The notes beneath the pieces were generated by a model, which was not told the origin of the DNA, did not search any database, and worked only from the letters and a program-made list of their open reading frames with translations. Of a stretch of DNA of 34,863 bases, positions 19,142-29,252 are shown piece after piece; positions within the stretch are counted from its first letter, which is position 1; each line of letters begins with the position of its first letter. The DNA comes from Candidatus Iainarchaeum sp. (GTDB taxonomy: Archaea > Iainarchaeota > Iainarchaeia > Iainarchaeales > JAZDDZ01): NCBI GenBank assembly GCA_043809245.1, contig JAZDDZ010000051.1, forward strand, positions 1 through 34,863. The letters run 5' to 3'. A program made the position numbers and the translations under genes.

Positions 19142-19268
19142 CCTTTTTTCGGTTTTCGCCCTTTGCACCAAAAAACTATTAATTAAATTTCCCTCTTTTC
19201 TGTTGTGGTTTTAAACCCTTTCAGCCACTTTTATTTGAATTACTGGAGCTTTTTTTTGGCGGTTTTTG

Positions 19269-20549
19269 ATGGCGGAAAGGGTATGCATTGTTGGTCTAGG
19301 ATATGTTGGCTTGCCTTTGGCTTTGCGTTGCGCGGAGAAGGGGCTGGATGTTCATGGCTTTGACGTCAGCGAAAGCATTGTGAAAGCGCTTAATAACGGA
19401 AAAAGCCACATAAAGGATGATGCGCTGGAAAAAAAGGCCGCGCAGCTGAAGGGAAAAATTTTTGCATCCTCGGATGAAAAAGTCCTCGCGAAGGCTGAAA
19501 CGATTGTTGTCTGCGTTCCGACTCCAGTTGACGAAAAGCATTTGCCTGACCTTTCATTCGTGGAAAGCGCCTGCAAGGCTGTTGCGAAAAGCCTGCGCAA
19601 AGGAATGCTTGTCGTGGTTGAATCAACTGTTTCCCCTGGAACTGTCCGCGGGGTCTGCCTTCCATTGCTGGAAAAAAGCGGCTTGAAGGCTGGAAAGGAT
19701 TTTTTTCTCGCGCACTGCCCTGAGCGAATTGACCCCGGCAACAAAAAGTGGCCTGTTGAAAAAATTCCAAGGGTGCTAGGCGGGATTTCAGAACAATGCG
19801 CGGGGAAGGCAAAGGCATTTTATGGCAAAATAATTGATGCGGAAATTGTGGTGCTTAACTCAGTTGAAGCCGCAGAGGCGGTCAAGATAACCGAGAACAC
19901 TTTCCGCGACATAAACATTGCCTTTGTGAATGAACTGGCGCGCTCTTTTGACAAATTGGGGATAGATGTGAAGGAAGTAATCAAGGGCGCTTCAACAAAG
20001 CCTTTCGGTTACATGCCTTTTTACCCGGGGCCAGGCGTGGGGGGCCACTGCATTTTTTGTGACCCGTACTACCTGATTGAAACAGCCAAGAATAAAGGCT
20101 TTGAGCACAAATTCCTTTTGCTTGCCCGCGAAATCAACAATTCAATGCCTGCCTTTGTCTTTGAAAAGACAGCCGAAGCACTTGCAGCTTCAGGAAAAAA
20201 ACTTGAGGGCTCGAAAATCGCCTTGCTTGGGCTTGCTTACAAGCCTGATGTTGACGATTTGAGGGAAAGCCCTTCGCTGAAAATACTTGAGCTTCTTAAA
20301 AAAGGCAAAGCGAACGTGCGAGTTTTTGATCCCTTTATTCCTTCCAAATCAAATGTTGGCTCCCTGAATGATGCAATCAAGGGCGCTGATGCAATTGTGC
20401 TCGCGACAAACCATTCTGTTTTCATTGAGGCTCTTTCCCCGAAAAAACTCAAGGCCGCGGGAATCAGTGTAGTCGTTGATGCAAGGAATGCGCTTGACAA
20501 GGAAGGTATTGTTTCTGAAGGGATAACTTTCAGGGGAATAGGCAGATAA
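19269..20549 (+). CDS. UDP-N-acetylhexosamine dehydrogenase (WecC/WbpA-like)
   Basis: GLGYVGLP, CVPTP, ESTVSPG, HCPERIDPGN, ENTFRDINIAF, GPGVGGHC, YKPDVDDLRESP. Confidence 0.92.
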   Translation: MAERVCIVGLGYVGLPLALRCAEKGLDVHGFDVSESIVKALNNGKSHIKDDALEKKAAQLKGKIFASSDEKVLAKAETIVVCVPTPVDEKHLPDLSFVESACKAVAKSLRKGMLVVVESTVSPGTVRGVCLPLLEKSGLKAGKDFFLAHCPERIDPGNKKWPVEKIPRVLGGISEQCAGKAKAFYGKIIDAEIVVLNSVEAAEAVKITENTFRDINIAFVNELARSFDKLGIDVKEVIKGASTKPFGYMPFYPGPGVGGHCIFCDPYYLIETAKNKGFEHKFLLLAREINNSMPAFVFEKTAEALAASGKKLEGSKIALLGLAYKPDVDDLRESPSLKILELLKKGKANVRVFDPFIPSKSNVGSLNDAIKGADAIVLATNHSVFIEALSPKKLKAAGISVVVDARNALDKEGIVSEGITFRGIGR

Positions 20550-20559
20550 TTTTTTCAGG

Positions 20560-22008
20560 TTGAGTTGCTTGGCTGATTCTGGCATTGAACGGGGCGCTTT
20601 TTTCATTTTCCTGGCTAATGCGATTTTTTTCTTTTCAGGCTATGCAATTTATTTCGGGCTGGGGCGCGTTCTCGGCCCCAAGGAATTCGGTGTTTATGGG
20701 GTCATAATCTCTCTTGCCTCGCTTGTGAGCGGCGTAATAATGGCTGGCTTCCAGCAGGCTGTCTCTAAATTCTCGTCTGAAAGGCCTGAAGAAAGCGAGC
20801 AGGTGAAGGGCACTGCATTAAGGCTTCAGTTATTCGTTTCGGTTGCTGTTTTCATATCCTATTTTCTTCTTTCGCCTTTTATTGCCCTGTTGTTCAACGA
20901 CCCGTCCCTCACCGGCCTCATCAGGCTTTCTTCTTTCATTATTCTCTTCCACCCCATGTTTTCCATTTTCACTGGCGAATTGAACGGCCTGAAAAGATTC
21001 GCAAGGCAGGCGCGCCTTCTCGCTTCTTATTCCATAGCAAAGGTTTTCTTCATCCTCTTATTCGCATTGATCGGCTATGGTGTTTTCGGCGCTGTCTTCG
21101 GCTTTATTCTTTCCTCTTTTTTCGGATTGGTTCTCGGGTTCGCATTGACTGGCTTCAGCCTCGGGGCAAAAGGCTTCAGCGGAAGGAAGCTCGCTTCATT
21201 TGCCCTTCCAGTCATTGGCTTCGCTTTTGTCTCCAATACGCTCCTGAATTTTGACCTTTTCGCTGTCAAGGCCCTTAGCCCAGCATCTGTGTCGAGCTCG
21301 CTCGCGGGATTCTACACTGCTGCGGGAACCATCGCGAAGCTGCCGCTCGGATTCATCGATGCGCTTCTGCTCGTGCTTTTTCCCCTAGTTTCAAGCTCTT
21401 CGTTTGCAAATGACCATAAGAAAAGCGGGTTCTATCTCTCTTCAGCGCTCCGGTATGCATTTCTTTTCCTCGCGCCCCTTACAGCAATAACCGCCACGAG
21501 CGCTGCCTCAATCCTTGCTTTCATCTATGGCGCAAATTATCTTCCAGGCGCGTTCGCGCTTTCAATTCTTTCAGTCGGCGCATTGCTCATGGCAATGGCA
21601 ATGGTTGTTGTCACTGCAATCTCTTCCTCAAACAGGCCGAAAGCATCCTTTGGGATGGGATTTTTCGTAATGGCGCTCGACATAGCTCTTAATTTTATCC
21701 TTATCCCTATCTACTCGCTCGAAGGAGCTGCAGCAGCGACGCTTATTTCAGGGATAGCCGCGCTTTCAATCTCGCTTGCCTATTCACGAGGCCTCTTCAG
21801 CGAACTGCATCTTGGAATAGGTTCATTCCTGAAGATATTTTTCGCGTCTTTGGCAATTGCGGTATTATCGCTATTATTTCAAGCTGAAGGAATAGTTCTC
21901 GTTTTAAAATATTGTTCATTATTTCTTGTTTACGCAGGCATTCTCTGGCTTTTGCGTGAAATTTCCGATCAGGATTTCAATATTTTAAAAAGAATGGCGG
22001 GAAGGTAA
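20560..22008 (+). CDS. Wzx/MOP-family oligosaccharide flippase
   Basis: LGRVLGPKEFGVY, AGFYTAA, LIPIYSLEGAAAAT; 12-14 TM segments. Confidence 0.88.
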   Translation: MSCLADSGIERGAFFIFLANAIFFFSGYAIYFGLGRVLGPKEFGVYGVIISLASLVSGVIMAGFQQAVSKFSSERPEESEQVKGTALRLQLFVSVAVFISYFLLSPFIALLFNDPSLTGLIRLSSFIILFHPMFSIFTGELNGLKRFARQARLLASYSIAKVFFILLFALIGYGVFGAVFGFILSSFFGLVLGFALTGFSLGAKGFSGRKLASFALPVIGFAFVSNTLLNFDLFAVKALSPASVSSSLAGFYTAAGTIAKLPLGFIDALLLVLFPLVSSSSFANDHKKSGFYLSSALRYAFLFLAPLTAITATSAASILAFIYGANYLPGAFALSILSVGALLMAMAMVVVTAISSSNRPKASFGMGFFVMALDIALNFILIPIYSLEGAAAATLISGIAALSISLAYSRGLFSELHLGIGSFLKIFFASLAIAVLSLLFQAEGIVLVLKYCSLFLVYAGILWLLREISDQDFNILKRMAGR

Positions 22009-23529
22009 ATGGGAAAAAAAACAGAAGTTGCATTCATCAGCCCGGCAAGCCGTTCCATGACGCAGAGGCCACCGCACGCATACCTCACAATGGCGTCATA
22101 CCTTGAGGAAAAAGGCATTCCTGCGGAAATAATTGAATCAAAGGGATTGCCTGAAAAAAAATCCGAAGAGGATTCATTGAAAAAGCTTGAAAGGCTTTCC
22201 CCAAAAATCGTCGGGGTCTCCTGCCTTACCCCTGAGGTATTGGAGGTTAGGGCGCTGGTGAAAAAAATAAATGGGCTTCTGCCTGACGCGACAGTCCTCG
22301 CTGGCGGAGTGCACGCAACCCTTATTCCAAAAGACCTTTTGTTCAAAGGCAGCGGCATTGACTTCGTGATTTTAGGCGAGGGCGAGGAAACAATGCTTGA
22401 GTTTGCGCAAAAAGCATTGAAGGGCTCAAAGGCAGCGGAGCTGAAGAAAGTTAAAGGAATTGCCTGGCTGCAGAGAAACAAAGTCGGGAAAAGCGCTGCA
22501 AGGCCGATAATGCCATCGCTTGCGCACATGCCTATTCCTATGTATGAAAAGATTGACATGGATTATTACACAAAGCCGGATGTTTACTGCATCCGCGGAG
22601 TTCCAATCTCTGGCTTTTACATTTTCACTTCGCGCGGCTGCCCTTTTCGCTGCGAGTTCTGCGTGAACAAAAACATCTTCGGCAGGAACCAGCGCTACAA
22701 GGACCCGGTTAAGGTTGTTGAAGAAATAGAGCTGCTGAAAGACAGGTACAGGATTGACGGCTTTTACGTTTACGATGACACGTTCACGGTTAACAGGAAG
22801 CACGTGGAAAAAATCTGCGATGAAATGCTTGAAAGGAAGCTGGGAATGATTTGGGGCTGTGAAACGCGCGTTAACCTTGTCTGGCGCGACTTGATGCAGA
22901 AAATGAAGAAAGCGGGCTGCGTGCAGATTGACTTTGGCGTGGAATCAGGCTCCCCTGAAAACCTCATCCGCCTCAAAAAAGACATCACTGTTCCGCAGAC
23001 AAGGGATGCGTTCAAAACATGCAAACAGCTTGGCATCAGGACTTTCGCGAACTTCATGATCAACACTCCTGAAGAAACAGAAGAGGACGTGCGCCTGACA
23101 ATAGACCTTGCAAAAGAGCTTGACGCAAACGTTTCAATCTTTAACGTTACAACTCCTTACCCCGGAACAGGCATTTACGACCGCATCGGCGGCGTTCCAT
23201 TAGAGGACTACAAGACGCTTGCCCCAAATCCAACAGCATTCAAGGCATGGATTTCAATGATTGAGTCAAAGTACAAGTTCTCCAAGCACAAAATGAATCT
23301 GGAAGAACTTCTTGAATCGCTTTCAAAAGAATTCCCGAGCCTGCATCACCTTTCATTTGGAAGCCCGAAGCACATGATGCGTTTCCTGAACAATGTTTCC
23401 TTTCTTTTCTCTCCGCGCTATCTCTCCGTGCTCCTGAAAAGCAAAAGAAAAAAGCAGTACGTGAAATGGTTTTTGTCAGTTGGAAAGTTTTTGAAGGAGC
23501 AGAAAAACGTTGAGGCTGATGCAGAATGA
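22009..23529 (+). CDS. B12-binding radical SAM protein (class B)
   Basis: GGVHAT, LGEGE, SRGCPFRCEFC, YDDTF, GVESGS. Confidence 0.92.
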   Translation: MGKKTEVAFISPASRSMTQRPPHAYLTMASYLEEKGIPAEIIESKGLPEKKSEEDSLKKLERLSPKIVGVSCLTPEVLEVRALVKKINGLLPDATVLAGGVHATLIPKDLLFKGSGIDFVILGEGEETMLEFAQKALKGSKAAELKKVKGIAWLQRNKVGKSAARPIMPSLAHMPIPMYEKIDMDYYTKPDVYCIRGVPISGFYIFTSRGCPFRCEFCVNKNIFGRNQRYKDPVKVVEEIELLKDRYRIDGFYVYDDTFTVNRKHVEKICDEMLERKLGMIWGCETRVNLVWRDLMQKMKKAGCVQIDFGVESGSPENLIRLKKDITVPQTRDAFKTCKQLGIRTFANFMINTPEETEEDVRLTIDLAKELDANVSIFNVTTPYPGTGIYDRIGGVPLEDYKTLAPNPTAFKAWISMIESKYKFSKHKMNLEELLESLSKEFPSLHHLSFGSPKHMMRFLNNVSFLFSPRYLSVLLKSKRKKQYVKWFLSVGKFLKEQKNVEADAE

Positions 23530-24905
23530 AGGTTTTGCTTGCATTGCCGCGCTTTGAGCCGAATGCCAATCCCCCGCTTGGCGTGGGTTACATTGCAGCG
23601 GTCCTGAAGCGGAACGGCTTTGAGGTGGAAGTCCTTGACCCAACTTTCGAGGGCTGGGATTTCGCGGTGAAAAGGCTCAAGAAACCGGATTTTGATGTTT
23701 TGGGCTTCAGCTGTTACACAATGAATGTAAACAGGGCCTTGGAGCTTACAGCGATTGCGAAAAAGGCAAACCCAAAGCTTTTGGCTGTTTTCGGAGGGGC
23801 GCATCCCTCAATAGAGCCTGAGGCGACAATCAAGGAGAAACTGGTTGATGCTGTTATAATCGGCGAGGGGGAATACACTTTCCTTGAACTCGCGCAGGCG
23901 CTGAAAAAAAAAGGAAAACTTGAAGGCATTAGGGGATTGTGGTTCAAAAAAGGAAAAAAAATTGTTAGGAACCCTCCAAGGCCTTTGATTCAGAACCTTG
24001 ACGAGCTTCCCTTTCCCGCAAGGGAACTTTTTCCAATGGAAAAATACCTTAACGCGGTTTTCGGCACAACCGCATGGGCGGTAAAGCAGCCTTCCACGTC
24101 AATCATGGCGGGAAGGGGCTGCCCTTTCCAGTGCACTTATTGTTCCACGAAGCTTGTCTTCGGCCTAAGCGCAAGGTTTCGCTCCGCGAAAAACGTTGTT
24201 GAAGAAATAATTGAGTTAAAGGAAAAATACGGCGTGAAAGGCTTAAACTTTGTTGATGACACTTTCACTTTGAACAGAAAAGTAGTTGAAGAGCTTTGCA
24301 ACGAGCTCATTTCAAGAAAAGTGGGGGTTGAATGGGCCGCGCACACGCGCGTGAACAATGCCTCGCTTGAATTGTTCAAAAAAATGAAGCGCGCTGGCTG
24401 CACTGTTGTTGGCATGGGAGTTGAATCAGGCAACCAGTTTGTTTTGGACAATTACATTAAGAAAGGCATAAAGCTGAGCGAAGCCGAAAATGCTTTTGCG
24501 CTCGCGAAAAAGGCAGGCCTGATAACTGACGCTTACTTCATGATCGGAATTCCCGGAGAAACAAGGAAAAACATCGATGAAACAATCGAGTACGCTTTGA
24601 AGCTGAACTTGGACGTTGTCAACTTCAACATCACGCGCCCAATGCCGAGAACGGAAATGATGGAAATAGCTAAAAAAGCAGGCAGGCTTGAATTCAGCAA
24701 CTGGGATGACTTTGACTTCACCGCAAAGCCAATCTATTACTGCGATGAATGGACTCCGGAAGAACTGCAGCTGCTTTTGAAAAAGGCCTACAGGCGCTTT
24801 TACTTCCGCCCCTCTTACGTGCTGAAGCAGCTTTTCTCAATCAGGGGCTATTCGGACATTAAACGCATTTTCAACGGCCTGCAAATGGTTTTGGCTAAAA
24901 GCTAG
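23526..24905 (+). CDS. B12-binding radical SAM protein (class B)
   Basis: PPLGVGYI, GGAHPS, IGEGE, GRGCPFQCTYC, VDDTF, GVESG; ATGA overlap with the upstream paralog. Confidence 0.92.
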   Translation: MKVLLALPRFEPNANPPLGVGYIAAVLKRNGFEVEVLDPTFEGWDFAVKRLKKPDFDVLGFSCYTMNVNRALELTAIAKKANPKLLAVFGGAHPSIEPEATIKEKLVDAVIIGEGEYTFLELAQALKKKGKLEGIRGLWFKKGKKIVRNPPRPLIQNLDELPFPARELFPMEKYLNAVFGTTAWAVKQPSTSIMAGRGCPFQCTYCSTKLVFGLSARFRSAKNVVEEIIELKEKYGVKGLNFVDDTFTLNRKVVEELCNELISRKVGVEWAAHTRVNNASLELFKKMKRAGCTVVGMGVESGNQFVLDNYIKKGIKLSEAENAFALAKKAGLITDAYFMIGIPGETRKNIDETIEYALKLNLDVVNFNITRPMPRTEMMEIAKKAGRLEFSNWDDFDFTAKPIYYCDEWTPEELQLLLKKAYRRFYFRPSYVLKQLFSIRGYSDIKRIFNGLQMVLAKS

Positions 24906-26140
24906 CGCCTGTTTTTTTCCGCGAATTCCTTGGCGGCTTTTTCGTAAACCTTCAGGTATTTTTCCGCGGTCGCATTCCATACCGCGCGTTCCTTTACCGC
25001 CCTGAACCCGCCTTCAACAATTTTTTTCCTAAGCGCCTTATCCTCAAGCACGCGGTTAATCGCTTCCGCAAGCTGTTGGGGGTTTTTTTCCTCAACCAGC
25101 ATTCCAGTATCCCCATTAACCGTGAGATCTGGAATTCCGCCGATATTTGTTGTTACAACAGGGCAGTTTGAGGCCATTGCCTGTTTTGTCACAAGCCCCT
25201 GGCCCCCCTCAGGCACGCCGAATTCATCTGTTGCCGCGGCAAGTACAAAGACATCAGCTGCGCAGTAATACTTCGGCAAATCATCCATTGAAACCCAGCC
25301 AGTGAAAATAACATTCCTTTCAATCCCCAATTGCTTTGCCTGTGCCTCCAATGCCTTCCTGTCAGGGCCGTCGCCCCCCACAACAAGCACGGCATCAGGG
25401 TGCCTTTTCAGCACAGCCGGCATTGCCTCAACAACGTAATTCACGCCTTTCCTTTGAATGAGCCTTGCAATAGTCAGCACAACTTTTTTTCCCTGCAGCT
25501 TGAACCTTTCAATTATCTCTTTCCCGTTTTTTTCCGGCGTAAATCTTTTGTCGTCAATTCCCCAGAAAATTATCTCCATTTCCTTTTTCACTCCGCACTC
25601 TTTCGCGGCATTCCCTGAGGCCTTTGAATTAGTTACGACTTCTTCCGCGTTGTTTGCAGCAAAGGAAACAACCCAGGGGATGTGGAATTTTTTTGCAAGG
25701 TATGCCTCGGAGCCCACAAGCGAAACAACCAGCGGGAATTTCTTGAATTTTTTCAGGAAAGAGCACATTGCTCCCTGTGGAAAAGCCCAGATTGCGTTCA
25801 CGACATCGGGCTTGAATTCATTTATTGCCTTTCTGACCGTATTTGCTCCGCTCAAAAAGAATGGCAGTGCCTGTATTTTTGCAAGCGTTGACCGCCTTAT
25901 GTTTTCCGGAATGCCTGCGCCGTATGCGAGCTTCTGGTGTTTTTTCGGGTAAAAGTAAACAAACCTCTTCACTTTCACGCCTTCAATTTCATCCTCCAAG
26001 GGAATGCCCGCTTCGTGCGCTGCGACAACCATTACCTCATGGCCTTTCTCGCGAAAGGTGCGCGTGAACTCGAAAACAAAATCTAAAATTTTATCGTCTT
26101 TTGAGCGCATAAAAGCCGCTGTTACAAAAAGAATCCGCAA
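24902..26140 (-). CDS. GT4 (GT-B) glycosyltransferase
   Basis: ARLIQRKG, GDGP, ADVFV, EG..GLV..QAMAS..PVV.T.IGGIPD; probable TTG start at 26140. Confidence 0.9.
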   Translation of the reverse strand: MRILFVTAAFMRSKDDKILDFVFEFTRTFREKGHEVMVVAAHEAGIPLEDEIEGVKVKRFVYFYPKKHQKLAYGAGIPENIRRSTLAKIQALPFFLSGANTVRKAINEFKPDVVNAIWAFPQGAMCSFLKKFKKFPLVVSLVGSEAYLAKKFHIPWVVSFAANNAEEVVTNSKASGNAAKECGVKKEMEIIFWGIDDKRFTPEKNGKEIIERFKLQGKKVVLTIARLIQRKGVNYVVEAMPAVLKRHPDAVLVVGGDGPDRKALEAQAKQLGIERNVIFTGWVSMDDLPKYYCAADVFVLAAATDEFGVPEGGQGLVTKQAMASNCPVVTTNIGGIPDLTVNGDTGMLVEEKNPQQLAEAINRVLEDKALRKKIVEGGFRAVKERAVWNATAEKYLKVYEKAAKEFAEKNRR

Positions 26141-26205
26141 GCACAACCACTTAAACAAAAATCCCCCGCATATGCTTATTAAACATTTGTGGGAAGAACC
26201 GCTTA

Positions 26206-27315
26206 ATGGGCCAAAACAAATTTATTCCAATGGCAAAGCCCGACTTGTCGGGCAATGAAAGGAAGTACGTGGAGCAGTGCATGGAAAGCGGATGGATTGG
26301 CTTCTCCGAGGCAAAGGATTCATTCATCGCAAAATTCGAAAAGGCTTTCGCGGATTACTGCGGCGCAAAATACGGCATTACGACATTCAATGGCACGTGC
26401 TCACTTAGCCTAATTCTTCAAGTGCTCGGCATAGGAAAAGGCGACGAGATCATTGTGCCAAATACGACTTTCGCTGCAACAGCGTCGGTCGCGCTTTACG
26501 CTGGCGCAAAGCCTGTACTCGCGGACGTTGACGCAAGGCACTGGGGAATCTCAATAGAAGAAGTGAAGAAAAAAATCTCCCCGAAAACAAAAGCGGTAAT
26601 GCCTGTGCACCTTTACGGCCACCCCTGTGAAATGGATGAATTGAATGCGCTTGCGGAAAAGCATAATTTTTTCGTCATAGAGGATGCTGCGCAGTCGCAT
26701 GGCGCGGAATTCAAGGGCAAAAGGACAGGCGCATTGGGAACCTGCTCTTCCTTCAGCTTTTACGGCAACAAGCTCATCACCACTGGCGAAGGCGGCATAG
26801 TGCTTTCAAATGACAAGGAGTTTTACGAAAAGGCTCAAATTATCCGCAACCAGGGGCAGAGCCCGCAAAGGCATTACTGGCATGAAACCTTGGGCAACAA
26901 TTACCGCATGTCCAACATTCAGGCGGCAATCGGCCTTGCGCAGCTTGAACGCATTGAAAAATTTTTGAAGAAAAAAAGGCAGATAGCAAAATCATACATT
27001 GACAGCCTGCAGGGCGCAAAAGGCTTAAGCTTCCAGCAGGAAATGCCCTGGGCGAAAAGCAGCCACTGGATGTTCAACGTAGTTTTTGAAAAAGGATTCC
27101 ACAAGACAAAAGAGCAGGCAATAAAGCAACTTGAAGCAAATGCAATCGATTACCGCAATGTCTTTTACCCAATGCACTCAATGCCGCCTTACCGCGAACA
27201 GGGAAGCTTTCCGGTTTCCGAAACGCTTTCATCAAAAGGCCTGACGCTTCCCTCAAACATTTTCCTTTCCGATGAAGACATTGAAAGGGTCTGCTCCGTT
27301 ATATTGAAAAAATAG
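26206..27315 (+). CDS. DegT/DnrJ PLP-dependent sugar aminotransferase (perosamine synthase-like)
   Basis: VHLYGHP, EDAAQSHG, SFYGNKLITTGEGG, NYRMSNIQAAIG. Confidence 0.92.
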   Translation: MGQNKFIPMAKPDLSGNERKYVEQCMESGWIGFSEAKDSFIAKFEKAFADYCGAKYGITTFNGTCSLSLILQVLGIGKGDEIIVPNTTFAATASVALYAGAKPVLADVDARHWGISIEEVKKKISPKTKAVMPVHLYGHPCEMDELNALAEKHNFFVIEDAAQSHGAEFKGKRTGALGTCSSFSFYGNKLITTGEGGIVLSNDKEFYEKAQIIRNQGQSPQRHYWHETLGNNYRMSNIQAAIGLAQLERIEKFLKKKRQIAKSYIDSLQGAKGLSFQQEMPWAKSSHWMFNVVFEKGFHKTKEQAIKQLEANAIDYRNVFYPMHSMPPYREQGSFPVSETLSSKGLTLPSNIFLSDEDIERVCSVILKK

Positions 27316-27316
27316 C

Positions 27317-28738
27317 TTAGGAAAAAATGTACTTCAATAGGCTCATTCCGCTTCTCAGGCTTGTCTTCAGCAATTCCGGATTTGTAAGCCTTTGCCCGAT
27401 TGCCTTCAAAACATACTTTGGCCTCAGGTAATAGCTCTTGTAAGCGCTGTGCAATTGCTTTTCCATTTCATCCGCCTTCAAATGCGGGTATTCAAATATG
27501 GGGTGGATGCATCCCTCTTCATCCAAGTATTCCGCCCAGTTTTCAAAGCGCAAATAGCTGTTTTTTTTCAGATAAGCGAAAAACTCGGTTCCCGGATAAG
27601 GCTGTGCAACCGAGAACTGCACAAAATCAATGTCAAGCTTTTTCGCGAACTCCACTGTCTGCTTCATTGTTTCCTTTGTTTCCCCGGGCATTCCGAAAAC
27701 AAACGTGCCGTGCACCTGTATTCCCGATTTCCTGAAAATCTCCGCTGCCTTCAATGCCTGCTTTGTAGTCGCGTTCGTTCCCTTCTTCATGTTCTGCAGT
27801 ATAGTGTCAACTCCGCTTTCAAACCCGACTTTCACCAGAAAGCAGCCTGCCTTTTTCATCAGCATTGCGCTTTCACCGTCAATCGTGTCAACCCTGCTGT
27901 ACGCTGCCCATGGAAGATTGACTTTTCTTTCCGTTATTAAGTTGCATAATTCCGCCAAATGCTTTTTGTTGACATTCAATGTGTCGTCGTTGAATAAAAC
28001 GCTTTTCAGCTTTGGGAAATTCTTTTTAATGTGCTCCAGCTCTGCGACAACGTTTTCCGGGGAACGCATCCTGTATCTCCTGTCGTTCATTATCTGCGGC
28101 GTTGCGCAAAAAATACATTGATGCGGGCAGCCCCTTCCCGCCAAAATGAAAGTGAATGGGTTTTTGTAAATCGCGGAGTAATACTTTTCATTTGGAAGCA
28201 AATGCCTTGCGGGAAAAGGCAGTTCATCCAAATTCTTAATCAAAGGCCTTTGCGTGTTGTGGATAGTGCTTTCGCCTTTTTTGTAGCTTAACCCCAAAAC
28301 ATCCTTAAGCTTTTTACCGGCAGCCAAATCGCGCACTGTATACTCGTATTCGCCTCTTGCAACAGCATCAAAGCCTTTCTGCAAAGTGTCATCCGGAACA
28401 GCTGTTGCATGCACTCCCACTGCAACCATTAACGCTTTCGGCAGCAGCTCTTTTAATTCAAGCGCAAGCAATCCGTCGCTCTGCACTGAACCGGTTGAAG
28501 TAAGCATTACAATGAGTTCTGGTTTGAACTGTTTGACCCTTTCAACTGTTTTAGCCTTTCCCAATTCAAGCGCAGGGGCATCAATCAAATCCACTTTATG
28601 CTTTTCTTCAATGCAAACCGCTGCTGCGTATGCAAGCATTATCGGTGGATGCAGTGCCTTTTGCGGCGAAACAGCCTGAAACCTTACCTCACGGTTATAG
28701 GCACCCTTGAATGGCGGGTTCAGCAAAACAATGTTCAT
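27317..28738 (-). CDS. B12-binding radical SAM protein, HpnJ-like
   Basis: LLNPPF...REVRFQ....PPIMLAYAAA..LIDAPA N-terminus resembling HpnJ; GRGCPHQCIFC, VGFESG, VHGTFVFGMPGET. Confidence 0.88.
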   Translation of the reverse strand: MNIVLLNPPFKGAYNREVRFQAVSPQKALHPPIMLAYAAAVCIEEKHKVDLIDAPALELGKAKTVERVKQFKPELIVMLTSTGSVQSDGLLALELKELLPKALMVAVGVHATAVPDDTLQKGFDAVARGEYEYTVRDLAAGKKLKDVLGLSYKKGESTIHNTQRPLIKNLDELPFPARHLLPNEKYYSAIYKNPFTFILAGRGCPHQCIFCATPQIMNDRRYRMRSPENVVAELEHIKKNFPKLKSVLFNDDTLNVNKKHLAELCNLITERKVNLPWAAYSRVDTIDGESAMLMKKAGCFLVKVGFESGVDTILQNMKKGTNATTKQALKAAEIFRKSGIQVHGTFVFGMPGETKETMKQTVEFAKKLDIDFVQFSVAQPYPGTEFFAYLKKNSYLRFENWAEYLDEEGCIHPIFEYPHLKADEMEKQLHSAYKSYYLRPKYVLKAIGQRLTNPELLKTSLRSGMSLLKYIFS

Positions 28739-29241
28739 AGTGACTTTTTCCCCCTTGAATGTTTAAAAAATATTGCAACAGCCACAGCCAGCAGGATAAG
28801 CAGCGTGAAGCCTGCCTCGGAAAGGATTGTCGAGTTGTTGCTGACAATTTGCTTCTGCCATACCTCAATGAGAGGCCATGCGCTGAAGCTTATCGCACTC
28901 GTGATTGAATTAATGTACACCCCGAAATTCAGCGCGAAAGAATAATTGCTCAAAGGCCAGAGCAAGGGAATGCCTGGGTGGCTTAAATCCAGTATTAGGT
29001 GGCTTGCAAAGAGAAAACCCGCGAAAAAAGCCAGCTTCCTGTTTTTCTTTGAAAGGAAGTATGCAAGCAGAACCACGGCTGCTGCAGCAAAAACATTATG
29101 GAACAGTGTCCTGTGCCCAGTTATCCAATCCAAGTCAGGAAGAACCGCCAAAAATGAAAGCAGAAAAATATTCCTTTTTTCTTCGGGAAAAATTGCCAAT
29201 AGCAAAAGCACTGGCAAAACATAGTGGAGTAGCGCTTCCAT
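28735..29241 (-). CDS. Membrane-bound metal-dependent hydrolase (YdjM-like)
   Basis: LPDLD, HR.LFHN, SHLILD motifs within TM segments. Confidence 0.82.
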   Translation of the reverse strand: MEALLHYVLPVLLLLAIFPEEKRNIFLLSFLAVLPDLDWITGHRTLFHNVFAAAAVVLLAYFLSKKNRKLAFFAGFLFASHLILDLSHPGIPLLWPLSNYSFALNFGVYINSITSAISFSAWPLIEVWQKQIVSNNSTILSEAGFTLLILLAVAVAIFFKHSRGKKSL

Positions 29242-29252
29242 TTAACAGACCC

